A DNA stretch of 63,258 nt, filler included, from Octopus bimaculoides (lineage: Eukaryota): assembly GCF_001194135.2 (NCBI RefSeq). It is 6 parts of 6 records of this genome, joined end to end, with 100 filler letters (N's around TTAATTAATTAA, not from the genome) between each part and the next. Parts side by side here need not be neighbours in the genome. Positions count along the whole stretch, not along the records: positions 1 to 14,437 come from NC_068988.1; 5 more parts are not named here. One strand, written 5' to 3'. Below are positions 1 to 13,670 of this stretch, piece after piece; position 1 is the stretch's first letter, and each line of letters opens with the position of its first letter. The translations under genes and the position numbers were made by a program. A model generated the notes under the pieces. That model saw only the letters and a program-made list of their open reading frames with translations. It had not been told where the DNA came from and ran no database searches.

Positions 1-36
<36 letters not shown>

Positions 37-56
37 GGGGGAGAGGGAGAGAGAGA
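1..56. repeat. (AT)n/(AG)n microsatellite
   Basis: Direct inspection. Confidence 0.95.
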
Positions 57-365
57 AATGAATGACCATGGGATTGAACCTAGAAAGTTCCCCTCCGAAG
101 CACAAGTCCGGGCAAGGTTATTTATGGAAGACCAACCGCTCGCTGTTTAACAAAGACCATCATCCCAGCTTCCCCTCCCCACACCATTGATGTTATCAAA
201 AGGAAATGCAAACGCCAATACATCTTGGCTCCAGTGACGTCACAACTCAATTCTACATTTTACAGCTGTCTGGACTGGAGAAACATAAATTAAAGTGTCT
301 TTCTCAAGATCACAACACACATTCCGGTCCAGCAATCGAACTCACTACCTCATGATTGCCATTGA
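57..365 (-). mobile_element. tRNA-headed SINE (family C here)
   Basis: Reverse complement has a B-box-like GAGTTCGATT and a CORE-like GTGTTGTGATCTTGAGAAAGACACTT segment; related heads at 27860-27910 and 28968-29860. Confidence 0.6.
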
Positions 366-842
366 CTGCGGCCATGTTGTGACAACAAATCGACCCAAGA
401 CTTTTATTTTTATAATCTGGTACTCATTCTATTAATCTCTTTTGCAGAATTACTAAATTTAGGGGATGTAAACAAACCAACAACGTTTGTCAAGCGTGGG
501 TCAGAAACAAGCACAAACAAACAAATACACACATACACACACACACACATATGTATTATTGTTCAGCAGAAGTCACAGAGTGACTTAATGGACGCAAGTT
601 TCGTACATTGGTTAGAACGTAATTCCAATAGTTTTCTTGGAAACTGCTGCTGCTGGGACGAATTTTTGTATTTCTCTGATATATATATATATTGTGTAAT
701 TAACCACAAGATGCTCATAAAAGTTTTTCTCGGAAGAATATCGCAGCAATTTGCCTGTCAACTATATTATGTATGATGCAGATAGGTACTTTAATTTAAT
801 ACTGCTTCAATTGCTTGTAACATGATTTTTATTCAGCCAGGT

Positions 843-1227
843 GTGGAGGCCCAATTGCCCAGTGGTTAGGGCAGCGGACTCGCGATCATAGGATCGCGGT
901 TTCGATTCCCAGACCGGGCGTTGTCAGTGTTTATTGAGCGAAAACACCTAAAGCTCCACGAGGCTCTGGCAGGGGATGGTGGCGAACCCTGCTGTACTCT
1001 TCCACCACAACTTTCTCTCACTCTTACTTCCTGTTTCTGTTGTGCCTGTAATTCAAAGGGTCAGCCTTGTCACACTGCGTCACGCTGAATATCCCCGAGA
1101 ACTACGTTAAAGGTACACGTGTCTGTGGAGTGCTCAGCCACTTGCACGTTAATTTCATGAGCAGGCTGTTCCGTTGATCGGATCAACTGGAACCCTCGAC
1201 GTCGTAAGCGACGGAGTGCCAACAACA
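843..1227 (+). mobile_element. Full-length young tRNA-derived SINE (family A) with 31-bp TSD
   Basis: A box (TGCCCAGTGGTTAGGGC) and B box (GGTTTCGATTCCC); roughly 95% identical by eye to 22769-23155; direct repeats at 813-843 and 1228-1258. Confidence 0.92.
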
Positions 1228-1547
1228 GCTTGTAACATGATTTTTATTCAGCCAGGTGGTTATTCGTAGCATCACTGAATATATTGCTCATTGTTTTCTT
1301 TATCGGGGGCGCCAAAACTCGTCTATGCATGTAGCTCACTCTGAGATCAGGTCGTTGGTAAATCTCAACTAGGCTGAAATACATCAAGCTTTCTCCTTAG
1401 CTGCTGTTAAGACCAGTTTTGTCACTCTCCGATATAAGCTTAGTTTTCTTTTACACAGAACGTTCATAAGATATGTTATCTCAGATAAATTCCACAGTTA
1501 GTTGTCTAACAACGCGGTATATACAATAAGTATATACACGGGTGCTT

Positions 1548-1684
1548 GCACACACACACACACACACAATTCGAAACACACACGCTCGTTACGCACACAC
1601 ACAAATACGCGCAGACACACGCACACGCACACACACACACACACACATACACCCCCACACACACACACAAACACACACACGCAC
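1548..1684. repeat. Imperfect (CA)n microsatellite
   Basis: Direct inspection; source of the HTHT/CVCV ORFs. Confidence 0.95.
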
Positions 1685-2742
1685 ATGATTTAATGAAATA
1701 ACGAGGCAGTTCAATCTTGTTAGCTAAATGTATGCAAGGCCGTTCGAAGGACGTCATTCCAGTTCAAAGAAAGAAAGAAACCAAAAAAGTGTAATTGACA
1801 TAATATCTGAGAAAAAATGTACTAGAATGCGTTCGAAATTGAAATTTTATTCCGAAAGCCATGTAATGTATATAACTTAATTAAATGCAGTCTGTAACGC
1901 CGCACAGAAGTAATAGTTAAACAGAAGTCGATGATAAAATTGGAAGCTGTGCGGAACTTCTTTTGAATATTTGTATGGCGAGTCTGACTTATAAAAGTTT
2001 ACATATTTTGTACTACTGTTATTTGATATATATTTTACATTAATTGAATTAATAGACCTGCCAAAATTTTTCAAAAAGAGGAAGATTCTTTAATAGAATT
2101 TCTGTAAAAGAACTTATAAATAAGATCTCTATTAAAATGAAGTGAGATTAATTTAAACAACTTCACTGCAGTTGTTCCAAAATTTAAGCTAAAAAGTGGA
2201 TTATACCACATGTATTTGTCTTTCTCTTTCTAAGTTTGGGAGCCACACACCTGGACATAGATTATTATCTTATTCAAAAATCGGCTACAGNNNNNNNNNN
2301 NNNNNNNNNNNNNNNNNNNNNNNNNNNNNNNNNNNNNNNNNNNNNNNNNNNNNNNNNNNNNNNNNNNNNNNNNNNNNNNNNNNNNNNNNNNNNNNNNNNN
2401 NNNNNNNNNNNNNNNNNNNNNNNNNNNNNNNNNNNNNNNNNNNNNNNNNNNNNNNNNNNNNNNNNNNNNNNNNNNNNNNNNNNNNNNNNNNNNNNNNNNN
2501 NNNNNNNNNNNNNNNNNNNNNNNNNNNNNNNNNNNNNNNNNNNNNNNNNNNNNNNNNNNNNNNNNNNNNNNNNNNNNNNNNNNNNNNNNNNNNNNNNNNN
2601 NNNNNNNNNNNNNNNNNNNNNNNNNNNNNNNNNNNNNNNNNNNNNNNNNNNNNNNNNNNNNNNNNNNNNNNNNNNNNNNNNNNNNNNNNNNNNNNNNNNN
2701 NNNNNNNNNNNNNNNNNNNNNNNNNNNNNNNNNNNNNNNNNN

Positions 2743-2812
<70 letters not shown>

Positions 2813-2822
2813 ATATATTTAC

Positions 2823-3165
2823 AAGAGTTAACGAATGGCGTAGATAAGATTCGGGTTACATATGTTTCATAGCGAGCTGAACATCGGAAGTGGTAAATAT
2901 CCAAACGTGCTGTATGCCGCAGGCTACTAGTCTGGCTAAAGATATCTTGATTGAATGAAAGTTTACATTGACGCAAGGAGATACATTTTCCACGTGTTAA
3001 CATGTACCTCCTTGCGACAACGTAAACTTTCATTCACTTAAGATATCCTTGGGCTGACGAGTAACCTGCAGTATACACCTCGCTTGGATGTTTACCACTT
3101 CCGAGGTTACGCTCGGTATGAAACATATTTAGCCAGGATCTTATCTACTCCATTTCTTCACTCTT
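2823..3165. repeat. Long imperfect inverted repeat (foldback / MITE-like)
   Basis: GTAGATAAGAT...GCAAGGAGATACAT (2840 onward) pairs with ATGTACCTCCTTGC...ATCTTATCTAC (to 3148); arms about 160 bp, about 80% complementary by eye. Confidence 0.9.
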
Positions 3166-5187
3166 CTATTCTTATTCGCATAACCGGCAACCCTGGTCGT
3201 CTACCGTGAAATATAAAAAAGAACTTTTTTTCAGTTTATCGTACTTAACCAAATTATGGTTGGGTATTCTATAGAAGATTAGAACCCTTATTGTTATGAG
3301 GCAATATTTCATTGTGCTTCTGTTAAGTAAATGTTTGTTAACGTATAAATCTTACATTCTGAGTATAAAATTGACTTTCGCTAGTTTGCTCTTAACATTT
3401 TTTTTCATTCTAATTCATTGAACATTGATATAATATTTTTTCAAAAACTGTTTACATCATGACCAGTCCCGTTTCATAAATAAACACCGCCATGCGACAT
3501 CAGGACTCTTTTGTGCAACAAATTCAAATCATATAAATCACCACTCCATTACTACCGTCAAAGAAATTAACTGCATTCTTTTTTCTATCCTTTTTTTAAA
3601 ATCCACGTTGCATTTTCGAAAAGTAAGAACAACTACCTGTTGTATTGTGTGATATTAGTATTACAATCGGTGATATGCACACTTCTATTGATGAAAGCTA
3701 ATGCTTGAAGTATTAAAGAGATAAAAATCCATAATCTCAAAATGAAAAGACCTGTAAGTTTTACTGTCAATGGCACTATTAAACCGTTCTTTTTTCTGGC
3801 AAGTAGTGAAACTCTAGTTATGGACTTTCATTACATTTATAACACTCAAAGTAAACGATTAAGGATTAGCTTATTCAGTCTTTAGACCCATTTTTGCATG
3901 GTTGATTAACCTGCTTTTAGGGTTGGGCTGGATTAAGATCCATAGATACCTTAAGCACTTAAAAGATTGCGATACACTTGTAATTCAAAATATGAACAAT
4001 AAAAAGCTAACAAATAAATTTTAATTTTGCAAAATAAAACAAAACTAACAGTAAGATGGAAAGCAATGTTTATCATTGTATGCTTCCACTCCATTTATAT
4101 TTGAAAAGTTTCTTCCTACTTATTTTAACAGCAAAGTCTTTTTTCAGATCCTCACTATGACACCATAAAAACTTCGAAATTATATTTCCGATCATATAAA
4201 CCATTTCGAATATTATTTTAACAAGTCTAAAATGATTTTCTTGCACTGTAGACCTTTTACCATTTCTGTTGTACCCTACTCTTCTCTCGATGCCCTAAGC
4301 ACGAGCTTATTTAGCGTAATGGTTAATCCAGTGCTGATTTAGAGTGGCTATCAAAATTATTCCTATGATCGTCGGTTAGCGACAAAGCTTCTACCTTACT
4401 ATTTTAAGTACGGATGCAATCTCCTTCGTTTGTAGAGTAACTGATTTATGTAAGGAAGATTGTTTAAATATTTGTCATGCTAAACATTATAAGATTCCAT
4501 AAACATATGTAAATCATAAACTTAATTTGTTTTACCAGAATTAACACATATCTTGGCTAGGTTAAAGTTTCAGGTTTGTTTTCAAAAAGCTCAGAAATTT
4601 ATTGATTAATGTCCGAATATAATACTTCTTAGTAGATTAATACAACTTTTGTAAAGTTTTGTTGATGCTTCTTTGGAAATGATATTCTGTACTCTTTGAA
4701 TACATGCTTATTGCTGCCATCTGTACTAGGATTTTCATTCTCAAACAAATGTTTTCATCTCACTAAAAGTGTTCTTCGTTTAAAAATCTCGCGAATATTC
4801 CATATTCAGTAGTTTAAATCCGTATTATTAGAGTTTCCTTATTCGTGGTGTGGAGCAGATTGTATTTGCATTGAAAACACAGAATTCATTTTAAAGACAA
4901 AAAAGAAAAAGGAGTACTCGGTACCGAGAGGATTCCTTAAGCTGAAAGTTTAATTTTCCGAAGTCAGATTTTTAAGGTTTTTTCGGTTGTCAAACAAAAT
5001 CTAAGCAGGGAAATTTGGAATCGTTCACAAGAAAGAGTCAGAAAACAAATACATACATACAAGCATACAAGCGTAAATACACATATACACACTTATATAT
5101 TCATATAAGCACATACACATACATGTGTGTATGAGTGTATACGTGTGGTGTGCGCGTATGTACACGCGCGCGTGTACACTCACACAA

Positions 5188-5231
<44 letters not shown>

Positions 5232-5432
5232 GCACGCACATTTACTACATTTTCATTGAGAGTCAGATTCAATTGCCGCTGGGTGCTTGTTTACCTTTGC
5301 TTGAAGTGAAAAGATTTATTGTAAATCAAGAATTTATCTTGTATAGTATGATATACTTATTTTTCATCTTTGGTGTTCAAAATCATGCCAATATCCACTG
5401 TGGGCTATCTCTCTCAACTAATTTTTGATTAT

Positions 5433-5464
<32 letters not shown>

Positions 5465-5831
5465 CTGTATGCATGCGTGTGAATGTGTTTATACGTGTGT
5501 GCGTATATGTGTGCTGTTTGTGTATGTATGTGTTTCTGTGAACGGAAGTATTTGATTAACTGCATATGTAAACATAATTTTAACAGATTAAAATATTTCA
5601 ATGTCTCTGGATAAAAAGATAATATAGAAGAAATATATGTGTTTATATATAAAATACGTAATAAAATAAAGATAAATAATGAAGCAGTTCAGTATTAGTA
5701 ACACTTTATGTTTATCCCTGGGGTGTAAAGTGTAATTTTCTTTAATCATTGCCTGTTGCTTGAAGCACTGTACGGGTGGATATGTTGATGCATGTACCTT
5801 CAGAAACATTGTTCCATACCCCAGTTTGCAC

Positions 5832-5844
5832 ACAGACACACACA

Positions 5845-5930
<86 letters not shown>

Positions 5931-5940
5931 CACACACATA
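5832..5940. repeat. (CA)n microsatellite
   Basis: Direct inspection. Confidence 0.95.
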
Positions 5941-5944
5941 TGCA

Positions 5945-6795
5945 CAGGGTGGGTGGAAAGTAACCAGGCATTAGAAATTGCTTATAGAGTTTTTAGTATC
6001 ACTGAAGTCATGACGAAAACATCTTTTAGACAGACAACACTAATGGGGATTTCTTATTTTCTTATTTTCTTATTGTCTTATTTCTCAGATGGCCGGTCGC
6101 TTGACTGTTCAAGAGCGAACTAAGATAGCATCACGCTATGAAGTGTGGAATTCAATTGTTTTGGTTCAGAGATGGTGGCATGCAAAGAAAGGTAAGCATC
6201 CAACACTACGCCCGGAGACAAGAAAAAGTTATCATAAAAAGCAAATGATGACGGGCTCTGTGAACGATGCAAGAAGTGGCCGATCAGCGGAGAACATGGT
6301 AATAGTGCAGGAAACCTTTAATCGCAGACAGCAATAATCAACACGTCAAGCAGCTCGTGAAAGTGGACTAACAAGATGCACAATACGTACGCTGTTACCT
6401 AAAGAATTGAATGTTCGTCCATGGAAACCACATTACGCAGGAGTCAAAAAGTCCAGAATTCCAAGAAGTCCAGATCTCACTCCATGTAGTTTTTACCTGT
6501 GGGATTACACAAAAGAGGTGTACAAGACAAAACCTCGTACACGAGAGCAATTGGAGACACAGATTCAGGATATTTCCAATGATATCCCAGACGACGTCCT
6601 TCAGAAAGTTGTTCATTCCATCCCTGGTCGTTTGCGGAAACTGGTTGACGCCACTGGTGCTTACGTCGAAATATTAAGATCTACTTTAATTTTCCCATGT
6701 AATACAGAGCATGTATCATTTGTTTCAATAAATTAATAAAAAGAATTTGGATTTTATTACCAACTTTAATGTCTACTTGCTTTCCATCCACCCTG
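5945..6795 (+). mobile_element. Internally deleted Tc1/mariner (maT/DD37D-like) transposon
   Basis: TIRs CAGGGTGGGTGGAAAG / CTTTCCATCCACCCTG followed by TA; N-terminal HTH region (6089-6337) and C-terminal PRSPDLTPCSFYLW...GAYVE; catalytic core deleted. Confidence 0.88.
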
Positions 6796-6801
6796 TATAT
6801 A

Positions 6802-7022
6802 CGAGAGGTTGTTGCTGAAAGGTTCCTGGTTTTAAAGGTATCGCAAAAGGCCTGGTTGGTGGCCCAAACTTCCGAGTTCTTTTGCAGGGCTTAGAACAAC
6901 TGAAGGACAGCTGCAATAAGTATGTGAATCTGAGAGGGGAATATGTTCAATAAAATCAGAATTAACTGATCCTCTTGCATTTTCTTTTACCCTGAAGCTA
7001 GGAACTTTCCAGCACCTCCTCC
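6802..7022 (+). mobile_element. Mariner-derived MITE
   Basis: Degenerate TIRs (CGAGAGG..GCTGAAAGGTTCCTGG / CTAGGAACTTTCCAGCACC) flanked by TA; internal GLEQLKDSCNKYVNLRGEYV resembles the mariner C-terminus. Confidence 0.65.
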
Positions 7023-8798
7023 TACATCTGTTTGTTGTTTACACACCTATCTTCGTGTTTTATTATTTTTTTAAATTCTCACTATATATATATATGGTGG
7101 AAGGTAGTATCGGTAGAACATGAGATAAAAAAGTTTGTCATATTTGATCATGTTCTTAGTTTGATATTCATATACGTCGACCTTTTTCTTTTATTCTTCT
7201 GAGGTTGATGAAATATTTCAGTTATTTTATATTGTAATGTGCCGAAGCTATGGTACTCAGTATTTCTATATGCATGTACCACACACTCTTGCGGTCATTA
7301 CTGTTGAAATCAAATCCTTCAATCCGTTTTATCAGAATGACGTTAGGTCTCAGTACTCACCTACCTTTCTGCATACTAAATTTATCAGGATTATAAGAGC
7401 AGTCTTTGACACCATCCCGGTAATAGAATCGATTTTTAGTTTATTTTTGTGTATGATTGCCTGTATGTGCGTGTCTGTATACGTATGTGTCTCCACGCTT
7501 ATATATACACGTACATAAACATGTACATAACAAAGTCAACATCAGGGGTGTACTGAACATTGTATCTGATAAATGCTACATTCGTCAAAATCCCCTGATT
7601 GATAGAGAAGGAATATGAAAGCATAACGGAAGTTCTTAGCAACACTGAATGAAAAGGGGAGACAAATTCATAATTGGATTAATATGCTTAAGAAAATATG
7701 GCAAGCTGATTTTTTTTTTGGTAAGGAAGAGCTACGGACAGGTGTTTTGGTCTCACTTTGAGCTCAGCAGTATAGCATTGCCTTCTCACCGTCAAGACGT
7801 TATAGACAGTGTAATGATCTAGTTTAATGCATTGTTGACCAAGGATAATTTGCAAATTAATATTGAAAGGAGATGCATGCATGCACTTATAAACGCATAC
7901 GTATATACACAAACACATACATATGTACCTGTGTATGTATACACACACTCACACACATTTGCCTATATATGCAAATATATAGTTGCTGTTGATCTTTCCT
8001 TGTGAAATAACTTTCAATGCAAGAACAGTTCGAAACGTCGATTACTCAGTCTGCTAGATATTGAGCTCTTTATCAAGGTTTGGAGTTCTTTTCTCTTAAA
8101 CAACAAGCTAATCTCTCTCTTTCTCTTTCACTCACTTCTCTCTCTTCCTCGCTGTAAGCATGTACATGTGTGTATGTATGGTGTATTTCTGCATATTAAT
8201 ACGCGTGTATATATGTATTGATGCACACATGCATAAATCTATATACACATATATATATGTACGTATACATATATATATATGTATACACACTCAAAACAGT
8301 CCCATGCGCTAAAACATACACACGCACACACGCACATTCACACACAAATACACACCCACCTACATATATATGACCCCATTGAACAAGGCATGTGTTTATA
8401 CTGGGTAAAAACACTTCATAAAAGTTCGCATGATAATTTTCAAAATCTGAATAATAATATTTCTAGAATAACAACAAAATGTTCTTTAAACGGTTATATT
8501 GTCAATACGAAATTTACTATAAATCCTGTTAAATTGTTAGATCCTCCTTGTAATAAAAACCTATTATGTTTATGCAAGAGTGAGTTGAAAGATTGATAAA
8601 GGCTCTTTTGCTATGATAAATATTAACACGAAAGCTATTCAAAAGTGTGAAATTTCCATAAAAGTTCTTTTAAATTTTGTTTCATTTCAATTGAAAATAT
8701 TTCATATTTTCTACGTCGAACACTTTAGATCAGTTGAGTTGCCAGTAAATAGACTATCTTGACAACTCAAAAAGGTTTTCTAATGCCAATTATTCGAA

Positions 8799-8904
<106 letters not shown>

Positions 8905-9346
8905 GAGGACATATAATAGTTACGTTCACGATTAGAAGTGAAATTGGGTTCGAACGTATCTAATACATCTAGTAAAATTTATTTGTGGAAAATCGATCAT
9001 TAATTCTGTAACACACAGTGAAGCAGTGATTTTATAGACATAAAACGCACTCGTGCATATACGCATATATACATACATATGCACATAATTACATACATAC
9101 ATACATGCATACATATGTATGTATATATATATGTGTGTATGTTATCTTACATATTTACATATATATATTACTCTGTGAGCAAGTATGTGTGTGTGCGTGT
9201 GTGTGTGAACAGGTTTATATCTACAGAGCGTACTGGCTATATTCTATCGTGGCGCCAGCACGAGAAAAGTTGCTATTTCCCCGATAAGTCTAAAACGTCC
9301 TTTCGAGCCTACACTGTTTCCATTCGTTTGTCACCTATATTTTGCA

Positions 9347-9388
<42 letters not shown>

Positions 9389-9414
9389 ATGTGTCTACAT
9401 ACATACATACATAC

Positions 9415-10585
9415 GAACAAAAAATAACTTTTGCTTTGAAGTACTCTCTCGAGGAGAGAATATTCTCAACCAAAGTAAGTAAAAGACCATCAGATTCAGT
9501 ATTAAAAGCTGTTAACAAAAGTGGTGATTAGTATTTACAGCAGTATGATGAACCCACATTCTGGCAGATTAACGTCTGTCTATATGCTCTGGTTACTACG
9601 GCAAAGCAGTACATGAATGACATTCAAAAAGTGAACAAAACCGAAACAAGAAAGAAAGTACCATCATGGGTTTTGAAGACAGAAAAAGATAACAGGTTTA
9701 CGGAAGACTATCCGTCATGTCAATGCTTATTGCGTGCAAACAAACAAATCCTTATACGTCCCACCAACCGAAAGTAAAGAAGAAGAAAGAAATGAGGTCT
9801 AGAGACAGCAAAAAGAGGACACACACCCTAAAAGCCATCCGTGAGAAACTCCGACACCAGAAGAGAATAACTGAGAGAGGAACAATATACAAAATATTTA
9901 ACCAGAACCAGACAGCAGTATACAGAGACATGAGAGGAGAAGCAGTGACCATCACAGAAGCTCCATCACGAGAAGACATAGATTCCTTCCAGAAGAAAAC
10001 CTGGAGTGAAGAGAAGGAGTTCAACCAAGATGCTCCGCTGCTGGAAGAAACCCAAAGAAGTCATTGCTCCTGCGTTACACCCAAGACATACAACATTGAT
10101 GGTGATACTCTTGCAACTGTGATCCAGAGACTCCAGGATGGAAAAGCACCTGGAAGAGTCTTGCTTGTTGGATATTGGTACAAGAAGCTAATCTTCTACC
10201 GACCATATCTTATCAATCTGTACCAGCAAGCTCTCAATGGGAACAGTAGCATAGCACGTTGGTTTGCTCTTGCAGAGACAAAAAAACAAACAAAAAAAAA
10301 CTACCGATCAATTGTATAACAGAACTTAATGTATAAGATATATAAAGCGTGCTTAACCCCCTTCCTCCAGGACCACAGTGAAACCAATTACATCATCACA
10401 ACAGAAGAAGCAGCTAGGAAGAAGGCAGTCTGGGGATGTGCCAAGCAATTGTTAATGAACAAAACTACGATGTCAGAGGTGCGAGAGCATAGGAAGAATC
10501 TAGTTTCAATGTGGGTAGACTACAAGAAAGCCTTTGAGTCTTTTCCCTACTCGTGAATGCTAGAAGCCCTTCATCTTGCATGTCT
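9415..10585 (+). mobile_element. Degenerate R4/Dong-like non-LTR retrotransposon fragment (pre-RT region and RT N-terminal half)
   Basis: FNQNQ..VY, KAPG...GYWYKKL, KNYR, WGC..QLL.NK and WVDYKKAFES motifs across frameshifted ORFs 9717-10319 and 10329-10556. Confidence 0.8.
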
Positions 10586-10656
10586 AGGTATACAATTATA
10601 TGCATGAGAATACATACATAAAACAAAACATATAAATCTACACGTATACATACAAT

Positions 10657-10770
10657 CAAAAATACCCTGTTGTTGATGTTGAAATTCCAATGAAGGAGAC
10701 CTGGATCTATGTTAGAAATTGGCTCTTTCTTTATTGGCAAGAAATCTTGAAACAAAACTGAATAATGACA
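10657..10770 (+). mobile_element. Unclassified retroposon 3' end followed by a (TACA)n tail
   Basis: Second copy at 46081-46190 (CAAAAATACCC...GAAATTCCAATGAAGGA...GGCAAGAAATCTTGAAA), both followed by (TACA)n. Confidence 0.6.
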
Positions 10771-11382
10771 TATATACATACATACATACATACATATATA
10801 CATACATAATACATACATACATAATGCATACATACATACATACATACATACATACATACATACATTCATGTATGTACATATATACGTGTGTATGCTTGTA
10901 TGTATACAATTTATCATTTCATGTACACAATATTTAAAATAATGGGTACTAATAGTTTCTTGCTATAGAGACAGTGAAATTAGGCAGACTTATATAACGC
11001 GCCTTGCGCTTTCAAGTAATCTTCAGGCTCAGGGCACGTGTGCATTAAATGATATTTATCACCCATTGAATGGACTACCTTTTTGCTGATCCTATACGAG
11101 AGAGTGCTGACAAGTTCCTGGGTTTGAGTAAAGGAAATACAGGAGAATCATTTAATTATGATTCTATACAAACATTTCCCTCTCAGAATCNNNNNNNNNN
11201 ATATATATATATATATATGTATACATGTGTGTGTATGTGCGTGTGTGTGTGTGCGTGCATGTGCGTGTCTTTGTGTCCTTGTTTGTCTGCCTCTACAGGC
11301 TGACAACTGATGTTGATGTGCGTTTCCCCACTTATTCATAGCAAACCGTCCAGTGTTTATTTACTAAAAGTATACATAGTTG

Positions 11383-11770
11383 GGCACAGCAGTGGCTGTG
11401 CAGTAAGAAACTTGCTTCTCAACGATTTGGTTCAGGGTTCCCACCTACTGCGTAACACCTTCAGCAAATGTCTTCTATTATAGCCTCGGGCCGACCAAAC
11501 CCTTGTGAGTGGATTTGGTAGACGAAAACCGAAAGAAGCCCGTCGTATGTATATGTGCCTATATATGTGTGTCTTTGTGTCTGTGTTCGGCTCTTCTCCA
11601 TTTGACAACCGGTGTCGGTGGTTCGGTAAACGACACTGATAAAGTAAGTGCCAGGCTTAAACTAGATAAGTATTGGGGCCGATTCATTCGATTAAAAACT
11701 CTTTAAGGCGGTGCCATAACATGGTCGCAATCTAATGGCTGAAACAAGTAAAAGATAGAAGATAAAGATA
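11383..11770 (+). mobile_element. Long SINE with internal microsatellite (family D; possibly OR/OK-like CORE-SINE)
   Basis: tRNA-like head, CORE-like CCTTCAGCAAATGTCTT, GAAAGAAGCCCGTCGTAT, GT-rich middle, 3' GAAACAAGTAAAAG; many copies in the window. Confidence 0.8.
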
Positions 11771-13279
11771 CTTTTCAAATCTTCCAAGATCTCTCAGAAA
11801 TGTCAAGACAATGATTTACCTAATGTTAAAACATATCCGAGTCATCGTACAGCAAAGGATCAGAGTTCCTTCCCCTTCCGTTTATCCTTCATTAATTTCA
11901 TTCAGTTTATATTACAGTGTTGCTTCCTCTCTTTTTTTTTGAGTTGAATTGATAATTATTATAACAATTTTCTCCGCCCTAACAACATAATGTTCTTTAC
12001 TTCTAATTTGTTTGACTGTCAAAATTCTCCAAAGTTAGTGTTGAATCGATGAGGAAATAAATTTATGGGATACGAGTGGGAAATAAAATGTAAATAAATA
12101 AATAAATGAAGAAAGAAATTAGAAAATATTAAATGTGTATAGCGATTATATATTTTAATAATTTTACGAAAAGGTACATTAACAATGTTCTTTAAAAAGA
12201 TTTGAAGTAAGAAGATAGAAAATTATTATATATTTTTGATATGGATTAGGTGTAATAATTCTATAAATTTCGAGAAATGTTTAGCTGTATGATCTCGGAT
12301 AATTTGTAAATAACATCATGGTCTGCTTGCATAACGTATATTTCTATACAACACTTTTTTCCGAAATACGATTGCAAAAATTGATATCTTGCTTATTGGT
12401 TTTTGGATCGAGTAGGACTTTGTATGCTTATTTTTTCAATTTGCAAAGATTGGTAACTGTTCGTTTCAGCAAAATTATTATTATTTTACTTCAAATTGGG
12501 TTTCATTTTTGTTGTTGCTCACGTCCAGTACCATCACCAACTTACTATGTCAACCCAGAAAGATAGTCCGTTCATTGAGATCTAAGCCTTCCTGAAACAG
12601 CTCTACCGGTCTTCCATCTAGTCCAGACCGACCCAAATGATGTGTACAAATTGTAATCGTTGAAAAATGGGCTCCACTGCGCATGTCTTACTCATGGCTA
12701 CTGCATCTACGACTTTTGAGCTAAGATCAACGAGAGAGTGACTTCAAAGTCGACACTAGATGACGTGCATTTATACAACGCATTCTAAATTTGACCAGGT
12801 ACTTCAGGAGAAAAGAAGTTAGAGACATATCTTATCCAAGTCTTAGATTAAGACAGGTAATTAAGGTGTTCTCGGTGTGGCAAAATGGTCTGTGGAAGCT
12901 TTTCCACAAAGGGTTTTGATAACTGTTTTACAAAAATTCTGCGTTTTATGGGAATTTTATTTTCAAGTTTTTGTATATGTCCGATGTAATTTTCAGTAGA
13001 AATCAGCTAGTGGAGTTTTGTCTGTGTTGTTTTGTCTAGTTGCGATGTGTACTCTATCAACTCATTGTTTGATTCTAGCTCCAGTAGTGGCGGTGACGGT
13101 AAATGTTTCTTGTATGTTTGGCTACTGATGTACTTGGTATTGTGGCTGTTTTTGTTGTTGCAGTTTCTTTTGATATTCAATAATAGTAATAATGGTATTA
13201 ATAATTCAAAATTTATGACTTAGCATCAACAATAAGAAAACCAAGGCGATTAAGCCGAATTCTGTAATAACGATAGTAA

Positions 13280-13310
13280 AAATAACAATATCAACGACAA
13301 CATTAACAAT

Positions 13311-13343
<33 letters not shown>

Positions 13344-13405
13344 AATAATAATAATAACAATAATAATATGGAGGTAACAGCAGTAATAATATTATGGAAA
13401 TCAAT

Positions 13406-13445
<40 letters not shown>

Positions 13446-13450
13446 ACACC

Positions 13451-13482
<32 letters not shown>

Positions 13483-13527
13483 CATCTTCATCATCTTCAT
13501 CATCATCGTCATCATCATCATTACCAC

Positions 13528-13566
<39 letters not shown>

Positions 13567-13670
13567 GAACAACAATAGCAACAACAACAACAATAGCAAC
13601 CACAATAACAACAGAAGCAACAACAACAACAACAACAACACCAACAACAACTGCAATAACATGAACAAGG
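13280..13670. repeat. Compound (AAC)n/(AAT)n/(ATC)n trinucleotide array
   Basis: Direct inspection; explains the poly-D/poly-L/poly-S ORFs. Confidence 0.97.

Noticed and set aside
843-915. tRNA gene
   Set aside because: The tRNA-like A/B boxes are SINE heads followed by SINE bodies; no complete cloverleaf is evident.
3054-3130. Hammerhead-like CUGACGA followed by a 7-bp stem inside the foldback
   Set aside because: The stem is followed by GCUC rather than GAAA, and helices I and III cannot form.
8010-8045. GTTCGAAACGTCG resembling a Penelope hammerhead 3' half
   Set aside because: No CUGANGA core or viable helix II upstream.
12536-12591. Minus-strand 46-nt exon-like unit with good AG/GTAAGT signals
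   Set aside because: Stops in all three frames and no supporting neighbouring exons.
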